A stretch of DNA of 53,534 nucleotides from Rhodospirillaceae bacterium (GTDB taxonomy: Bacteria > Pseudomonadota > Alphaproteobacteria > UBA7887). This document shows, piece after piece, positions 35,364 to 43,985 of the stretch (within the stretch, counting starts at the first letter, position 1; every line of letters starts with the position of its first letter). Below the pieces are notes generated by a model. The model was not told where the DNA came from. It made no database searches and was given only the letters and a program-made list of their open reading frames with translations. The stretch covers positions 11,923 to 65,456 of the forward strand of contig PBWV01000024.1 in NCBI GenBank assembly GCA_002728255.1, in the 5' to 3' direction. The position numbers and the translations under genes are program-made.

Positions 35364-36714
35364 TAGTGATTTGCTCCTTGATTTTTATTTGAGAAGTGAC
35401 TGTTTTCTCTATACTAAGAGCTATCCCTATGAGAGCTGCAAAAACAAAATTTAACCAATGATAGCGCATAATAGAACTATCAAATAATTGATGTACAAAT
35501 AATGCGATTAGCAGAGAAGCAATTCCCACTGTTGTTGAATTGATGTCACGGGAATGACCTAGGATTTTCAACACCGGCCGAAGCCAAGTTATAATAAATA
35601 AGATTAAGCCTATTATTCCTGTTTCGAGGAGGAGGGTAAGGGGAAGAGAGTGCGCAGCCGAACTATACCCCGGTCTGCTCAACAGTTTTTCTTCGATAAG
35701 GCCGAACCCCATTCCGGTCTTCCAGGATTCTTCGACCCCCTGAAGCGACCTGGCCCATATTGAGCTCCTTTCTCCCAAGGAGATGAAATCGCCCCCAAAA
35801 GTGCTATAGGTTCCATGTGAAAGGATACTAGTTCCATATAAATATACTGGTGATAAAAGAACCAAACATAATATTCCTGAGCTAAGCCTGAGCCAATTAT
35901 AACGCAGGAGCAAGACCATTATGACTCCAACCATGGTCATCAGATATGCCGCTCTCGAACCACTTAAAATAAGACTAAAAAGGACCAATAGAAACATTAT
36001 TGAAGGGCCCAGATTCTTTAATCTCCAGCCAACTTCACTTTTCGCAACTAAACCAATCAAGGCCAGAGAGGCAATCAGGCCAACGCTATTGGGGTTGGAG
36101 GTTATGCCCGAATAGCGGGGCAAATAGAGATCCAAAGCGGTAAAATACCTACCCCCTTGAAGTAGGCTAAGTTCAAAGTTACCTATGGCCAAAGAATGGA
36201 AAACACCTGGTCCTGGGTGACATCCGTTTATACCATCCAGGCCACATCCCAACAGTAGTACGGGTATCATTTCTCCAAATGTGACGATAAGCAGGTTGTA
36301 AATAAGCGAAGCTATAGCGATGCCGGAGAACAGGTAAACAAGGAAAATAAATTTTTGGCCTGGTTTCTGATCAGTACCTAGAGCATACAGCATTAAGATC
36401 CCTGGTGCGAAAACTATCGACCACCTCTTAAACGACATTAAAAATTGGTCGGCCCATAGCACACTCAAACCTGACCATAAGGCGAGACATAGGAATGGCA
36501 TTAAACCCCATATATGGGTCTTTAGGTATTTTCGAGAAAGGGTTGCTGCTGCTATTAGGGCTATGAGCTGAGTAGCAAATACTATGATTGGTGGAGTGGT
36601 TATGAACTCGCGGTGACTATAAAACCCTAAAAATCCAATTATGCTTATCGATATAGATACGTATACAAAACCCGAGGCTAGAAAACCTATTTGAGGGCGC
36701 GCTTGGAATACCAA
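35356..36714 (-). CDS. O-antigen ligase/polymerase family membrane protein (Wzy_C domain) 1
   Basis: 452 aa and polytopic. LSGSRAAYLMTMVG and AAHSLPLTLLLETGIIGLILFI motifs are typical of Wzy_C. TTG start. Confidence 0.7.
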   Translation of the reverse strand: MVFQARPQIGFLASGFVYVSISISIIGFLGFYSHREFITTPPIIVFATQLIALIAAATLSRKYLKTHIWGLMPFLCLALWSGLSVLWADQFLMSFKRWSIVFAPGILMLYALGTDQKPGQKFIFLVYLFSGIAIASLIYNLLIVTFGEMIPVLLLGCGLDGINGCHPGPGVFHSLAIGNFELSLLQGGRYFTALDLYLPRYSGITSNPNSVGLIASLALIGLVAKSEVGWRLKNLGPSIMFLLVLFSLILSGSRAAYLMTMVGVIMVLLLRYNWLRLSSGILCLVLLSPVYLYGTSILSHGTYSTFGGDFISLGERSSIWARSLQGVEESWKTGMGFGLIEEKLLSRPGYSSAAHSLPLTLLLETGIIGLILFIITWLRPVLKILGHSRDINSTTVGIASLLIALFVHQLFDSSIMRYHWLNFVFAALIGIALSIEKTVTSQIKIKEQITSV

Positions 36715-36721
36715 GATCGCC

Positions 36722-37927
36722 CTATTTGCTCACAAGAGATTCAAGAATTTGACTAAAACGGGCCCCGATTTCCCTGCTAGAGTAGTGGCTAATTATCTCT
36801 TCATTCGCCTTGAAATTTCCTCTTTTCACTTTTTTTAGAGATTCCGAGAATCTTAAAGCCACTTCGGCTGGATTTTCTGGGTTGGCAGTCCATCCGCCAA
36901 TCTCGCGAACCAAATCAGAGCTGGCCCCTTCCGGAGTGATCGCAAAAATAGGTCGTTTAGCGCCTAGGTAGTCAATTAACTTGGATGGCAAATAAATAGA
37001 GGGTGGTGCCATAGGTGCATCGAAGAGCAGCAACATATCCAAGGTCTCCATTTTTGCTAAAGCCGTTGAATATTGAAGTTCGCCAGCATGCACAACATGC
37101 CTTTTAACTGCTGGAAAATCTTCTAGTGCATCATTCAATATGCTTCTTCCTTTGCCAAATACTTTTACCACAAAATGTGGCATCTCAAATTTACTTAGAG
37201 CTAAATTTATGGCCTCTAATAACAAAATTGGTGAGCGCGGGCCATAAAAAGACCCAAATATACCAACATCAAGCACGTCTGAAGGTTTACGGGGAGACGC
37301 GTTTTTGTATAGGATTGGATCAAAGCAATGTGGAAGCACATGGCTCTTTTCGGCTAAATACATAGTGGGGTGTTGGCGACCGACAAACTTGGCCATTTCC
37401 CTTGTGGGGAATACTAGGGCATTTGCGGAAGAGAACACTTGTTTTTCCAGTCGATGGCTCCATGAGGATGCTAGTGGAATGGAGCGTTCGTATATGTCTC
37501 CGGACCATGGGTCTGAAAAACTAGCAACCCAAGGGATATCCGGATAGCGTTTCTTTAATGAATGTCCTACTCCGTGCACGGAATGGTATTGAGAGCGAGT
37601 AACGATGACATCAAAGGTTGTGGGTCTGAGGGTCTCAGCCTGGTTTCTTACAATGCGATTTAATAGCAGGTAACGATCAGGACGAAATGGAAGGCGCGGA
37701 ATTTTTCCAAGATAGGAGGACCAACTCCCACCCACATACAAAATTTCGTGGAATCGTTCTTTTATATATCCTTCTAGGCTGTGATCTGGCCGGCCTGGAT
37801 GTGCCTGAGGGGCTAAAGTAAGAACTGTTATGTCAGCCTTTGGAATGGCACCCATTATTTTAGCACTTACGTAGGCTTCTGGAATGGCGGCGGGTGAAAA
37901 GCAATAGCAGATGCAGAGAATTCTCAT
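36722..37927 (-). CDS. glycosyltransferase, GT4-like (GT-B fold)
   Basis: 401 aa. N-terminus MRILCICYCFSP. C-terminal nucleotide-sugar region PSKLIDYLGAKRPIFAITPEG. Confidence 0.65.
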   Translation of the reverse strand: MRILCICYCFSPAAIPEAYVSAKIMGAIPKADITVLTLAPQAHPGRPDHSLEGYIKERFHEILYVGGSWSSYLGKIPRLPFRPDRYLLLNRIVRNQAETLRPTTFDVIVTRSQYHSVHGVGHSLKKRYPDIPWVASFSDPWSGDIYERSIPLASSWSHRLEKQVFSSANALVFPTREMAKFVGRQHPTMYLAEKSHVLPHCFDPILYKNASPRKPSDVLDVGIFGSFYGPRSPILLLEAINLALSKFEMPHFVVKVFGKGRSILNDALEDFPAVKRHVVHAGELQYSTALAKMETLDMLLLFDAPMAPPSIYLPSKLIDYLGAKRPIFAITPEGASSDLVREIGGWTANPENPAEVALRFSESLKKVKRGNFKANEEIISHYSSREIGARFSQILESLVSK

Positions 37928-37934
37928 TTTAGTT

Positions 37935-38876
37935 TCACCTGCCGCGGTTGTGGTGAGTTATTTCAGAGAAATTCCTTACAGAAAAGGGGGCAAAGCTTTC
38001 CAACATTTTGAGAATTTCTGCTTTATCCACAATATCGCCCGGGTCCATATAAATATTGAGCAGTAGAGGGTGATTGCTTCGCATCAGAGACAAGTAATTT
38101 TGAAGTTCTGTTAATAAGCGGCCTTGGCCACTTGGCGTGTGGTTAAGGAGCCCCCAGCTATCCAAGATCTGTTCTGGTTGAGATAGACATCCACTTAGTG
38201 GGAATTCCATGATCCCGGCTCTCTTAAAAACCGGGCCATACCTTAGGCCAAATAACGGGCGTGTAGAGCTAGAAAACCTATAATTATTTTTTGCGAGGAA
38301 CTCCCAGAGAGTCCGCAGATTGCCTGGACTATCAAAGCTGCCAAAGTGTGGCGTACGAAAGGAAGTTGGGGGTTCACCGATTATATCGGCAATGGCTTCA
38401 TGACCGAGCTTTATATCTTTCTGCCATTCTGCTGGTAAGAGCTCATCATAAAAATAACTGCCAATTCTTGAGGGAGATTCTGCGTTCGGCGAGGCGTGGC
38501 GCTTAAAGCCATGGTTAATGAAAGTTGCGCCCTCGCGGGCAAGGTCCTGATATACTGATGCTGAGCTAATCAATATTTCTCCAGGAACTGCATAGAGGGG
38601 GCATATACCCTTCGAAGCAAATTGTGCATGGAGCTCAGTTACGACCGCGCTGTCGGAATCCAAGTCACAGTCAAAAGAAAGCAAAAAACATGGCTTTCTT
38701 ATTCCTGCTGTTTTGCAATTGTTGATTAGTTTGTTTTTGCATAGAGAAGAGGCAAATTTAGCCATAAGCCAGGTCTGAAAAAGCCCAGGATCTTTGATAG
38801 CCTTTGCAATCTGTTTTAGCACTGTACATCTTCCAATTTTAGGTGGAGCGTAGGCAAGATCGGGCCATGGCTGCAA
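37935..38876 (-). CDS. polysaccharide deacetylase-like (CE4-like) protein
   Basis: 313 aa. FLLSFDCDLDSD resembles the NodB motif 1 (TFDD) and INHGFKRH resembles the His motif. The start is uncertain (TTG 38876 or ATG 38765). The call is weak. Confidence 0.45.
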   Translation of the reverse strand: MQPWPDLAYAPPKIGRCTVLKQIAKAIKDPGLFQTWLMAKFASSLCKNKLINNCKTAGIRKPCFLLSFDCDLDSDSAVVTELHAQFASKGICPLYAVPGEILISSASVYQDLAREGATFINHGFKRHASPNAESPSRIGSYFYDELLPAEWQKDIKLGHEAIADIIGEPPTSFRTPHFGSFDSPGNLRTLWEFLAKNNYRFSSSTRPLFGLRYGPVFKRAGIMEFPLSGCLSQPEQILDSWGLLNHTPSGQGRLLTELQNYLSLMRSNHPLLLNIYMDPGDIVDKAEILKMLESFAPFSVRNFSEITHHNRGR

Positions 38877-38921
38877 CGTATAATTGTGTGCACGTTATAG
38901 ATCTTGTTGGTGACTATTTTT

Positions 38922-40322
38922 CTATAGGCCATCGTTTGGACCCTTATAAGGTTCTCCAGGATCGATAAGGCTTTGGGCTAAAATAACAGTTGTGCATAGG
39001 GCTCCCATGAGCCAGCCCTGCCAAATTCCGAAACTCAGTTGGGTTAGAGTGAAAGCTATAACAAACGTAGCCATAATAGCTGCGGCGGCCATTACATTGG
39101 GGATTTTAGAAATTCCCGAAATCATAATATAGAGTACTCCTATCGTCAGAATAACCCCCAGGCTGCCCAACTCTAACCAGATTTGAAGGAAGGCACTGTG
39201 GGGGTGGAGTGGCATAAACGGGGCGCTTATTATTGTGTTAGTTGACTCGTTATACCAAGTTGTTTGTGAGTTAGCTCCAGGAAAAATCCGTGAGGTGTTG
39301 AGTCCATATCCGCGAAAGGGTTGCTCAGCAATTCTTTCTGAGGTGAATTTCCAGATGGACAATCTATGGAGCGCATGATCTGGAAGGCTTAATCCACCAA
39401 TAAATGCTCTTGTTAACCAATCTTCAATATTATGCAGAAAAATAATAAATATCAGATAGGCAGACACACTGAGTTTGACGAGAAGGGTGGCGTAGTAGAG
39501 GGAATGTTGGCAAACTACAAAAACAATTGCTCCTGCGAGGAACGCCAAAATAGTAGCCAGAGGTCCCAGAAAAACTAGGAGTAGTGATATGGGCACAATA
39601 TAAATTATAGAGCTACGCCTACCATAAGTCTCTGTAATGCAGGAGATGGTTGGAAAACAAAGCAGTGTCATAATAACAGTTGTTTCATTAAGGCCAGTGA
39701 CTAAGGCAGAGTTTTGAAACAAATAGTTGAGTGAGCTGTAGTCATGGTGTGTTAGAGATGCTGCATCCTGCAAGGTAAGCAGTATTGAAACTGTACCTTT
39801 AGCCAAGGCTAAATAAGTGCCAATCAGGAAACCCCTAACTAGCCATAGTCTCACGATTTCACGGCTTTGTTTAGTAAGGTTTTGCGCTACTTGTAATAAG
39901 ATGACCAAAAACAGAAAGATTGTTCCAAGGCGGGCAGTAGCAAAGAGTGAGGTGTAAACGTCTAGTGACCATAGGCTAGCTATGAACGACCAGATGATTA
40001 TCAGGCCAAAAATATAAGTAACAATCCGTGGAGACGGAATGAGAGACATTAAATTTTTTCGACGTAGATAAAGGAGTGCTACGACTGATAAAATTGGCGG
40101 CATCCAAGCCTGTAGGGGGGCGACTGCCCCTATCGGAAAGGCTGTAAAAGCAAGCCCGGATAGCACCAAAACATCCGGGTCTTTAGATATTTTCTTCTGG
40201 GATCGAAGTGCGTTCACTTTTAGTTGCTGCAGGTGAGTACCTAAAGATTGTTCTAAAAAGCCTATCGTCTGAACCTCAAGTTTTGGGTCTTGAAGATTAA
40301 GCAGCTCGCCATAGGGAGCCAT
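38922..40322 (-). CDS. O-antigen ligase/polymerase family membrane protein (Wzy_C domain) 2
   Basis: 466 aa and polytopic. HPHSAFLQIWLELGSLGVILTI motif, preceded by a large extracytoplasmic loop. Confidence 0.65.
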   Translation of the reverse strand: MAPYGELLNLQDPKLEVQTIGFLEQSLGTHLQQLKVNALRSQKKISKDPDVLVLSGLAFTAFPIGAVAPLQAWMPPILSVVALLYLRRKNLMSLIPSPRIVTYIFGLIIIWSFIASLWSLDVYTSLFATARLGTIFLFLVILLQVAQNLTKQSREIVRLWLVRGFLIGTYLALAKGTVSILLTLQDAASLTHHDYSSLNYLFQNSALVTGLNETTVIMTLLCFPTISCITETYGRRSSIIYIVPISLLLVFLGPLATILAFLAGAIVFVVCQHSLYYATLLVKLSVSAYLIFIIFLHNIEDWLTRAFIGGLSLPDHALHRLSIWKFTSERIAEQPFRGYGLNTSRIFPGANSQTTWYNESTNTIISAPFMPLHPHSAFLQIWLELGSLGVILTIGVLYIMISGISKIPNVMAAAAIMATFVIAFTLTQLSFGIWQGWLMGALCTTVILAQSLIDPGEPYKGPNDGL

Positions 40323-40407
40323 TGTGAGGCCAGATTTTCACTAAATCGCTCACTTTTTTTATAAGGTGCTGGACGCGTTAGCTGCCGCTTCATTATATAA
40401 AAGGGTG

Positions 40408-41481
40408 TCAACTGGAAATTCTTTCACTAGGTCCAGCCCTTGGGAGCGGAATGTTGTTGTTTGAAGTGTCATCCAGATCGACCAAAAGTGACTTGGCTTT
40501 TTTTATCTTTTCCGGATCTTTGTCCCGCTGGACAATACGCAGTAAAGTATCTCTGCACTCGATCTCCCCATTTTCTGCCATCTTGAATGCCATTTGATCT
40601 CGGGCTTCATAAACAGAGCGATCCAAAGGAACTGTCTTAAGGTCGAATTTCTTCCAGTAGTATTGCTGATGTTCAGAATCCCAACTCCCGTAAACTTCGT
40701 CCCAGGAGCCACACCCCGGGTAGGGCTCTAGTTGATTCTCACATATGGTGTGACTAGCGGGTTGATATCGGGCATCAAAAGACTGCCTAATTTCTGATGT
40801 GCGGTTTGGCATGGCTTGATGAACAGCTTCGTCACAAAATATTAAAGCATCTCCTGTAAGGAACGAACCTGTCACCCATGCTCCTGGGATTGGAACAGCT
40901 ATCTCCATACCGCCAGCGCCTGAACTGACTTTAATGTCCAGTGCCCCAAATTTATGAGATCCGGCTGCAATTGCCAAAGCCCCTTTGTTGACCGGACAAT
41001 CTCCTAGCGGAGCCCAGAGAGCGTAGTTAGTATCTCCACCTATGTTTGGCTTGTCTTGATGGGGCCGGGTGGTGAAATCAAAATCAGGGCCTTGAGGGAA
41101 GATGTTTCGCTGTACAAAAGAGGGATGCGCTAAGGTTGGTTCACCAAAGATAGAGTCAAAAAACTCTAATACTTGTGGATGTGTCCTTAGTCTATGTAAT
41201 TCTTCATCACTCCAGATACCTGGAAATACCTGCATATAGGTTTCTTCAGGGTCTTTGCATGCAGCTTGTCGGTTGGCAATGCCAGCTTCAATAGGGGTCT
41301 TTGGATCAAGCCAACCCCCTTTTGATGCCTTTTCTAGAAGACGGCGACGTACGCGCAAAACATCGTTTTTTGGCAGGAGTTCCCTTATAAAAAGGTATCC
41401 ATCGCGGTCCAGCCGTTCCTTTAGCGCGGTGCTATCTCCCTGAAGATCGGTGGAGTCGAGAAATGGTGCCATTTCTTCCAT
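40408..41481 (-). CDS. phytanoyl-CoA dioxygenase (PhyH) family Fe(II)/2-oxoglutarate oxygenase
   Basis: 357 aa. HxD facial-triad start in RPHQDKP, distal His in EAVHQAMPN, Arg in RQSFDARY. Confidence 0.75.
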   Translation of the reverse strand: MEEMAPFLDSTDLQGDSTALKERLDRDGYLFIRELLPKNDVLRVRRRLLEKASKGGWLDPKTPIEAGIANRQAACKDPEETYMQVFPGIWSDEELHRLRTHPQVLEFFDSIFGEPTLAHPSFVQRNIFPQGPDFDFTTRPHQDKPNIGGDTNYALWAPLGDCPVNKGALAIAAGSHKFGALDIKVSSGAGGMEIAVPIPGAWVTGSFLTGDALIFCDEAVHQAMPNRTSEIRQSFDARYQPASHTICENQLEPYPGCGSWDEVYGSWDSEHQQYYWKKFDLKTVPLDRSVYEARDQMAFKMAENGEIECRDTLLRIVQRDKDPEKIKKAKSLLVDLDDTSNNNIPLPRAGPSERISS

Positions 41482-41638
41482 TTAGTTTCCCTTGGCAATG
41501 GTCCGTCACTGGCCAGCTTCTTAGTAAATTGCCTAAAGGTCAAGGAGCTAAATCTAATTTAGAAATTTTGTTTGAATGCAGCTTCACAGGAGCTAATGTG
41601 AGCCAAAACATTTCACATATAGATGGATATTACTAGTT

Positions 41639-42418
41639 ATGGAACTTGGATTAAGAGGAAAAAAGGCTATTGTTTGCGCGTCCAGCAGAGGCCTTGGTCG
41701 GGGTTGTGCGGAGGCATTAGCGGAAGAGGGTGTTTCCCTGGTTATAAACGGAATTAATAAGGAGACGGTGACCAGGACAGCCGAAGAAATTGCCAAGTCC
41801 TTCAATGTTAATGTGCAGGCTGTAGTGGCAAACTTGGATTTACCCGAAGGCCGGGCTGCGTTGCTGGAAGCTTGTCCAGACCCGGACATCCTAGTTAATA
41901 ACAACGGGGGGCCACCGCCCGGAAATTTCAGGGATTGGGGAAGAAACGAATGGGATGCGGGTTTAACTGCGAACTTGATTGCTCCCGTTGAATTGATCAA
42001 AGAAACAGTCGATGGAATGGTTGAGCGCGGTTTTGGACGTATTGTGAACATTACTTCAATAGCGGTTAAAATGCCCTTTCCGGGTTTAGCGATGTCCAGT
42101 GCTGCGCGTTCTGGTCTTACCGCTTTTGTGGCTTCTGTCTGTAGGGAAGTGGCATCCAATAATGTTACGATCAATAATTTACAGCCAGGGATTTTTGATA
42201 CGGATCGGGCCCAGACCGGATTCAAAGGTGCAGCAAAGGCCACAGGGCGTACTGTTGACGAGGCTCGTGCCAGTCTAATAGGAAATATCCCCGTTGGGCG
42301 TCTGGGTACCACTGGGGAGTTTGGTCACGCTTGCGCGTTTTTGTGCAGTGTGCACAGTGGCTTTATCACTGGACAGTCACTTCTCTTGGATGGTGGTCAT
42401 TTTTCTGCAAACTTCTAG
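41639..42418 (+). CDS. atypical SDR-fold protein (BKR-like subgroup lacking catalytic Tyr/Lys)
   Basis: Rossmann start GKKAIVCASSRGLGRG and NNNGG are present. At the YxxxK position the sequence reads S-S-A-A-R. The 259-aa protein contains no Tyr at all. Confidence 0.75.
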   Translation: MELGLRGKKAIVCASSRGLGRGCAEALAEEGVSLVINGINKETVTRTAEEIAKSFNVNVQAVVANLDLPEGRAALLEACPDPDILVNNNGGPPPGNFRDWGRNEWDAGLTANLIAPVELIKETVDGMVERGFGRIVNITSIAVKMPFPGLAMSSAARSGLTAFVASVCREVASNNVTINNLQPGIFDTDRAQTGFKGAAKATGRTVDEARASLIGNIPVGRLGTTGEFGHACAFLCSVHSGFITGQSLLLDGGHFSANF

Positions 42419-42459
42419 CAGAACTGACTGGGAGCAAAGCATAGTTTGGATTGTTGAAA

Positions 42460-43128
42460 CTAAGGTTTTGAGAACTTTGGGCCTTGGAAGGTATCGTACG
42501 TTGTGATTTCTTCAACAGGTCGACGTTTTAGCTTTGTTAGTTGCTTCACTGGTTTTCCCAGTGGAATTATTGCAGCAATTGCAACGTAATTGGGAAGCTC
42601 AAGAAGCATTTGGACCGTAGGCTCTTCGGCGGCGGCCAATGTAGTAATCGTCCCTCCGAAACCTGCTTGGCGGGCGGCCATGAGGATATTCCATACGAAT
42701 GGATAAATGGATGCTCCACTTATTATTCCAACGCGATCCAGGTATTGGTCCATTGAAGCAACCACTCTGAGGTCGAGAGCTATCGCTAGGAGACAAGACG
42801 CCTTTTTATATGGCTCCATAAGTCTAGTTGGTGGAGGTGTTCGAGCAATTTCAGCAGCACTTACATTTGTTTGCGATACACTGTTCCAGGGATTCTCGCC
42901 CGCTTTCACTTGGGCGTGATACTTCTTCGCTGGAGGCTCCAGAATTTCTACTAATTTTTCTCGTGTTTCCTGGTCGCGTATGATTATAACGTGGTTCCCT
43001 TGGCGGTTTCCCCCGCTAGGTGCGAAACGGGCATTATCCAATATTTCATAAAGTACTTCTTCGGGTATACCTTCGCCCGTATATTCGCGAGCGGCGAAGG
43101 TAGTACGCATTACATCATATAATTCCAT
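42460..43128 (-). CDS. nitroreductase family protein
   Basis: 222 aa. The N-terminus RTTFAAREYTGEGIPEEVLYEILDNARFAPSGGNRQGNHVIII is typical of FMN nitroreductases. Confidence 0.8.
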   Translation of the reverse strand: MELYDVMRTTFAAREYTGEGIPEEVLYEILDNARFAPSGGNRQGNHVIIIRDQETREKLVEILEPPAKKYHAQVKAGENPWNSVSQTNVSAAEIARTPPPTRLMEPYKKASCLLAIALDLRVVASMDQYLDRVGIISGASIYPFVWNILMAARQAGFGGTITTLAAAEEPTVQMLLELPNYVAIAAIIPLGKPVKQLTKLKRRPVEEITTYDTFQGPKFSKP

Positions 43129-43211
43129 TGTTCCCTCAGGCTCCCCTCCATTCCTTAGAAAAATCCATGGTAGTTTTAGCAGCTCTTATAATGATTCGGC
43201 AGAGCCAGAGT

Positions 43212-43871
43212 TTAGAGAGTTTCTTCTAGGAAATTAGTTGCTCGGGCCCAAGAATCGCGTTGTGCTGCCACATTATAGGCATCACTTTGTTCATTAAAAA
43301 AGGCGTGCGCTGCATCGTACCGAAAAATGCTATGCCCTACTTTGGCCTGCTGGAGTGTATTTTCTAATTCATCAACAGCGGCAGGAGTGCACCAATCATC
43401 TTGGTTGGCAAAATGACCTTGAAACGGGACCCTAATATCTTTCGGAGAAGCAAATTCATCGGGGGGAATGCCATAAAAACAAATTCCTGCAGAACATTCC
43501 GGTACATGGACAGCGCTGGCGAGCGTCAGGGCTCCTCCCATGCAAAACCCCATAACGGCTACCTTCGAGCTGGTGTCCAAAAGGTGTCGGGCAGCCCCGC
43601 GAATGTCCTGGTGGGTTGCTCCTGGGAAGTCAAGCCCGTTCATCATGTGGCCGGCTTCATCGGGGTCCTGTGTTACCCGACCTTTATATAAATCTGGGGC
43701 TAGAGCGTTGTAACCTGCTCTAGCAAAACGGTCGGCTACCCCGCAAATTTGGTCGTTGAGGCCCCACCATTCCTGAATGATAACAACACCACCTTTGTTG
43801 CCTGTTGAAGTGGACAAATAACCATTCGTTTGGCCTCCATCCGGTCGATTAAACTTAGTCATATTGCCCAT
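43212..43871 (-). CDS. dienelactone hydrolase family protein
   Basis: 219 aa. GVVIIQEWWGLN and the nucleophile elbow GFCMGG, with a C-terminal His in DAAHAF. Confidence 0.8.
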   Translation of the reverse strand: MGNMTKFNRPDGGQTNGYLSTSTGNKGGVVIIQEWWGLNDQICGVADRFARAGYNALAPDLYKGRVTQDPDEAGHMMNGLDFPGATHQDIRGAARHLLDTSSKVAVMGFCMGGALTLASAVHVPECSAGICFYGIPPDEFASPKDIRVPFQGHFANQDDWCTPAAVDELENTLQQAKVGHSIFRYDAAHAFFNEQSDAYNVAAQRDSWARATNFLEETL

Positions 43872-43985
43872 TACGCGTAATCCTCATAGAGCTCGGTATT
43901 CTTTTTCAGTGTGTAAAATACTATCCGATAACGGGAGTATAGCTAACCTCGTTTTTTTGTCGAAAAAAAATGAAACGAATTCCCC

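Noticed and set aside
40391-40411. TTGACA and TATAAT hexamers between the PhyH gene and the glycan operon
   Set aside because: The spacer between the two hexamers on the minus strand is only 8 nt, far from the 16-18 nt needed for a sigma-70 promoter.
41593-42312. 239-aa ORF antisense to the SDR gene
   Set aside because: It is low-complexity and rich in Ala, Pro, Ser and Arg. It lies entirely inside, and in mirror frame to, a well-supported SDR-fold gene. Long stop-free antisense frames are a known artefact of such genes.
43952-43970. T7-GTCG-A8 inverted repeat downstream of the HD-domain gene
   Set aside because: The stem would be A/T only and too unstable to act as an intrinsic terminator or structured element. 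It is probably low-complexity spacer.
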